A stretch of DNA of 56,094 nt, the filler included, from Bipalium vagum (Eukaryota): NCBI GenBank assembly GCA_037834085.1. It is 3 parts of 3 records of this genome, joined end to end, with 100 filler letters (N's around TTAATTAATTAA, not from the genome) between each part and the next. Parts side by side here need not be neighbours in the genome. Positions count along the whole stretch, not along the records: positions 40,307 to 56,094 come from JBBMKC010145803.1; 2 more parts are not named here. One strand, written 5' to 3'. This document shows, piece by piece, positions 51,947 to 56,094 of this stretch; position 1 is the first letter of the stretch; each line of letters begins with the position of its first letter. The translations under genes were made by a program, and so were the position numbers. Below the pieces are notes generated by a model that worked only from the letters and a program-made list of their open reading frames with translations, searched no databases and had not been told where the DNA came from.

Positions 51947-53462
51947 TATAATGTTCTTTTAAATGTTATTGTACTCAACATTGGTAAAAATAATTGTAAT
52001 TTCCAATCAGATTTAAGTATTAAAATGCACATCTTCCAGTGCATTGATCTGAATAAAAGAAAACCCATAGTAACCTTATCTCGGGAGCACATTAGAATGA
52101 AAAACTTCTCCATTTCAGGTAAAACAGGGATTGGTTTGATAGTAAAATTATGCGTTCTCATTCAAAAATATGAAGTCGCATATTTGCTGACTATTTTAGG
52201 CCATTTTTTCAGTCAATTCATTATGATGTTAAGATTTCAATTCTGTTAATGTTTTTGTTAACTTTTTCAAACAAATCAATCATCAGTGATCGTCTTTTTT
52301 ACTTTTAATATATTATTTTTTTGTTTAACAACATTTTTATTTTCTTACAAAATCGTAATATTTTTTTGCCAATTTATCGCTACCCATAACTGTTTCCATC
52401 GACCTCAGTTTTTCTTCATATAACATTTTCCATATCTCATGAAATACAGAGCATAATTTTTATCATGATTATTACTTTGGTGGTAGACACGGATATTTGT
52501 CCCGGGCCAGAACTTTTGCAATGATCTTATAATAAAAAATAATAATTAATTAATAAATAATAATAAATAATGAATAGTAATAATAATAAACCTCTGTTCA
52601 TTAATTTTTTTATTATTCCGATTTTATTTAGACTTCTTTTTATAAGGGCTCTGTTCAACGCGAGGTTGAGAAATAAAATTCTTAGAGCTCCAAAGGTAAA
52701 AAAAGAAAGATATTTTCGTTTGTCATTTTTTACTCTTTTTACTCTCGTTTTATAATTTCGTGAAATTTTCGCGTTACTTTATTCTTATATCTCGCTGTAT
52801 ATTTTTTGTTTTAATGCGAGATTAGAAATTATTAAATAGTTTGATACTTTCTTGCTTGGCTATCACTAACTATTTTTGATGTAACAATGTAAATGGCTTT
52901 AAAAATAACTAAAAGGAAACTACTGAAATTTCTCCTAAGGAAAAATTAATAATAATTACTTAGCAACATTGTAGGCAGTTGAAGTTTAGACACAAGAAAA
53001 TGTTAAATCGCCTTATTGAACAGAGAAGACGTTGTCCAACGAACGAAATTCTCGCAAAAATATTTTTCCAGGATGATATTGATACATATTCCACATTTGT
53101 AATCACTTAAAACCGTGTAAATAAGGACTACTGAAATGTTTAACCCAAGGGGTTTCCCTGGGCAAAATGATACATAAAAGGTAATTATTAAGTCAATTAA
53201 GATTGTAATTTTCCCCTGTTCTCTGTGTAAGACGAGTTTTACTTGCATATTCGGGTTAGTTTTCATTTTAGCTAGCATTTTTGTTTTAGTTAAGGGAATC
53301 ACTTCTCGTCGTTTTTTTTTATGAAAATGAAGTCCTTGGTTTAAAAGTAACAAAACATTTATTTCAGTCAAAATATTTTCCGTTGGCAGCTACAACTTTT
53401 GACCATCATACTGGCAAAGGATTATATTATCTTTAAATTATAACAAGAGTAAAACAAATTAT

Positions 53463-54088
53463 TTACAAAGTCATTAATGAAAAATGTTGCACATTAACCA
53501 TTGATCGTTTCTCACTAATAATATCTGGCAATATCCGAAATTTACATTCAAAAAGAGATTTCAACGTTTCAGGTCTAGTTGACCAAAATGTCTGTTGTAA
53601 TGACAGCCACAATTCATCAAGATTTTTACAATTATTTCTATGACATCGCTTATTGGGGGAAGTGAAGAAGCTATTATCATCGGCATTTAAATCTGGAGAC
53701 TGTGCCAGCAATTTATTATGACGGTAATAAATGGAACAATATTTTCTCCGAATTCATTCAAATTTTCAACAGTTTTCTTTCCCACATGAGGGCGGGCATT
53801 ATCCATTTGGATAGTAACATTCGGACCTCACTGTTTTTTTTCAGAGATTGTTGGCATAATTTCAGCAGTCATCAAATTGTAAACATTATCGGCTGTCATT
53901 GTGTATTCAACTTTGTATTTTTGGAAGAATGCTGGGCCTCCACATCCTTTTCTATTTATCATACAATTACCGTTAAAGCACGTTGATCTGCAATAAAAAA
54001 TTGATTTTTATTTAGGATTTATTTTTTTAAAAAAAATATTAGTCTAGACTTTATGCTCCAAATTTTTCATAATAAATAAAAATTAAAT
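53463..54088 (-). pseudogene. DD39D-like (plant-mariner-type) transposase, C-terminal half
   Basis: IMPTISEK...VTIQMDNARPH...AQSPDLNADDNSFF. The spacer between the second and third catalytic Asp is about 39-41 residues (one frameshift). Confidence 0.6.
53955..54088 (+). repeat. About 130-bp direct repeat, copy 2
   Basis: See 50008-50141. Confidence 0.9.
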
Positions 54089-54149
54089 ATTATTTATTAA
54101 ACTATCAATTCATTAAAGCCATTTGCGATTTCAGGTTTAGCAATAGTTG

Positions 54150-54600
54150 ACAATATCATAATTCTTGGTGGATTACCTTTACTGCTGCTTTTTCATCGGA
54201 ATGTTTTCATGAAATCGTTCTCGACAGAATTGATACAATTCGAGCCACTTTTCAATTTCGTCTACACCATTTTAGTCTCTTCATTTTCTGATTATCATTT
54301 AAGAGAGGACAGGTTCTTCGGAGGACAAGTTTCATTCCTTCTGCCTTGATAATTCTGAAAACACTCGTTGAAGGAATATTCGTCTCCTGGATACTACTGG
54401 ATCGCCGCTTGCGAATGGCTTCGACAACTCACTGTCGTTTCTCAGTTCAATCTTCCGAATTCCTTCTTTCAGATCTACTCCTTCGCTCCAGTGTACCTCT
54501 TTCAAAAATTTTTTTTCTTAAATCGCGGCCATAATTATTATTGACATTAAATGTTTCGCATAAATGCTCGACTGTATCATATTCGGGCTGGATCTTTCCC
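54150..54600 (-). pseudogene. maT/rosa-like transposase N-terminal remnant
   Basis: Degraded minus-strand frames resemble the HTH region (EFGR for SGR; IPSTSVFRIIK). Confidence 0.4.
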
Positions 54601-54969
54601 ATTTTATGAAGATCCTCTCATAATGAATAAGAAATAATATTTTTTGATCATTTGAAAGAGTCATCAATTCTAAAATCAATTTAATACAAATAAACAAATA
54701 ACAGTGATTACCTATTTTATGAAATAAAAAATCGGTTTTTATATGAAATGGAGTAAGTATTTATATTATCTTTCATTTCATTCATTTTTTATTTATTTAT
54801 TATGAAAGAATAAAATATTAGATCTTTTTAATGAATAATATCTATTATTGCATAAACAACGAAGAAATCGCGCATTTAGAATTTTATTATGCACATATAT
54901 TTCATTTGCAATATTTTATTAATATTATCTTTGGTTCATTCAGCTTTAGTTGAAAAAGAAACTTAGAAA

Positions 54970-55285
54970 CATGGATGACCAAAAATACAAAATTGGTATG
55001 GGATATGATTTTTTAACAAGAAAAGGCTGTCGCAGAATCATACCGAACTGTATGCGATGTGATTGGTGATATTGATATTAATAATAATCAATACAGGAGA
55101 TTTTTTAACGATTTAAACATGGAACTGTAGATCTGAAAGGTAATTAATATGGAAGACGCCCTAACGGTATATATTGACTTAAAAGAATTCATTGAGACAG
55201 ATCCTTGACATATAACTCTATAATTTGTTGAGAGGTTCAAATGCATTCACTTGATCATAGTAAATGATTTATATTCAATTAGCAA
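54970..55285 (+). pseudogene. mariner 5' remnant
   Basis: MDDQKYKIGMGYDF...RFKHGTVDL...GRRP...LKEFIETDP, the mariner N-terminal HTH pattern. Confidence 0.6.
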
Positions 55286-56094
55286 AAAAACGAGCATTTC
55301 CAATTTAACAGTATAAATTATAATTATATTAATTATAAATTATTAATAATTGAATATTTTTAGTGATAGAATAACGTATTTCCCAGTGTCAGTAACTTTG
55401 AGCTAAGAATTCAATCTTGTTGGCAAACTAATTTTAAATGATTATTTTTATATTATTATTTATGATTATTGTTATTATTATTTTTAATGGTTTTGAAAAT
55501 AATCAATTTTTTTGACTAAACGCTTTTCATCAATTTACATCAGATTTTGTTTAAAAATTTATTTACAGATATATAGAAATTGATAGATTTAAACAAAATC
55601 TATAATAATGCAATATAAAATGTTTTTATGAACCAATTTTATTTAAAATTCTTTATATAGTCATTTATATATCGTTATTCTATGTATATACACAATGGAT
55701 CTACACGAACTTTCTTGGTTATCTGATATTATTATGAAACATGTTTCGAACTTTTTATCCATCGTGATATTTGATGTTAAACATTTTAATCCATTAAATA
55801 ATCGTATAATTTTTAATTAAGATATATTATCAAATTTTGGTTGGTTAAAATTTTTATTGTTCTGTTTTTTAATCATATTTTCAATTAATCAATGAACACA
55901 CGGAAAATTCATTGATTTTTACTTTCTCCTATTTGAAAATTAATTTCGGATTACCGTTTTTGTAGTTATATATATAAAAATGAAAACATACAAAAATCAA
56001 CAAAAAATATTATATATATAGATTTCCACTATATTTCGGTAACTATCAACTGCTTTTTTCTTTTGAAGAAATAGGAAAATTAATACGTGCCGCA

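Noticed and set aside
1-56094. Prokaryotic-style systems (CRISPR arrays, operons, defence islands), rRNA and tRNA genes
   Set aside because: The DNA has spliceosomal introns and animal genes and TEs. I saw no regularly spaced repeat-spacer array, rRNA-like sequence or tRNA cloverleaf, though covariance searches were not run.

Overview
This is AT-rich eukaryotic (animal) genomic DNA, not prokaryotic. The window is three contigs joined by two artificial 100-nt spacers (N44-TTAATTAATTAA-N44 at 18203-18302 and 40207-40306). Host genes I can reconstruct by hand: an intronless four-TM MS4A/CD20-like gene (4807-5412, -); a complete 9-exon UBASH3/STS-family gene (UBA, 2H-phosphoesterase, degenerate SH3, histidine phosphatase; 11369-16849, +); the 5' end of a second small membrane-protein gene cut by a gap (18442-18640, -); a partial syntenin-like PDZ gene (about 21483-24532, +); a 70-aa neuropeptide precursor yielding GAAWQDMLW-amide (44352-44564, +); and a divergent eIF5A (49335-49855, -). 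Much of the remainder is decayed mobile DNA: many mariner, Tc1, maT/rosa-like, DD37E-like, DD39D-like and pogo/Tigger pieces, MITEs, one Ty3/Gypsy LTR element, and a C-terminal relic of a Polinton/Maverick-type protein-primed DNA polymerase B. The neuropeptide resembles flatworm PWamides as I recall them, which tentatively points to a flatworm-like host (inference only). I see no multi-gene novel system. The best leads are single-gene oddities: the Wamide peptide, the eIF5A hypusine-loop variant, the pseudo-SH3 in UBASH3, the Polinton relic and a permuted transposon.
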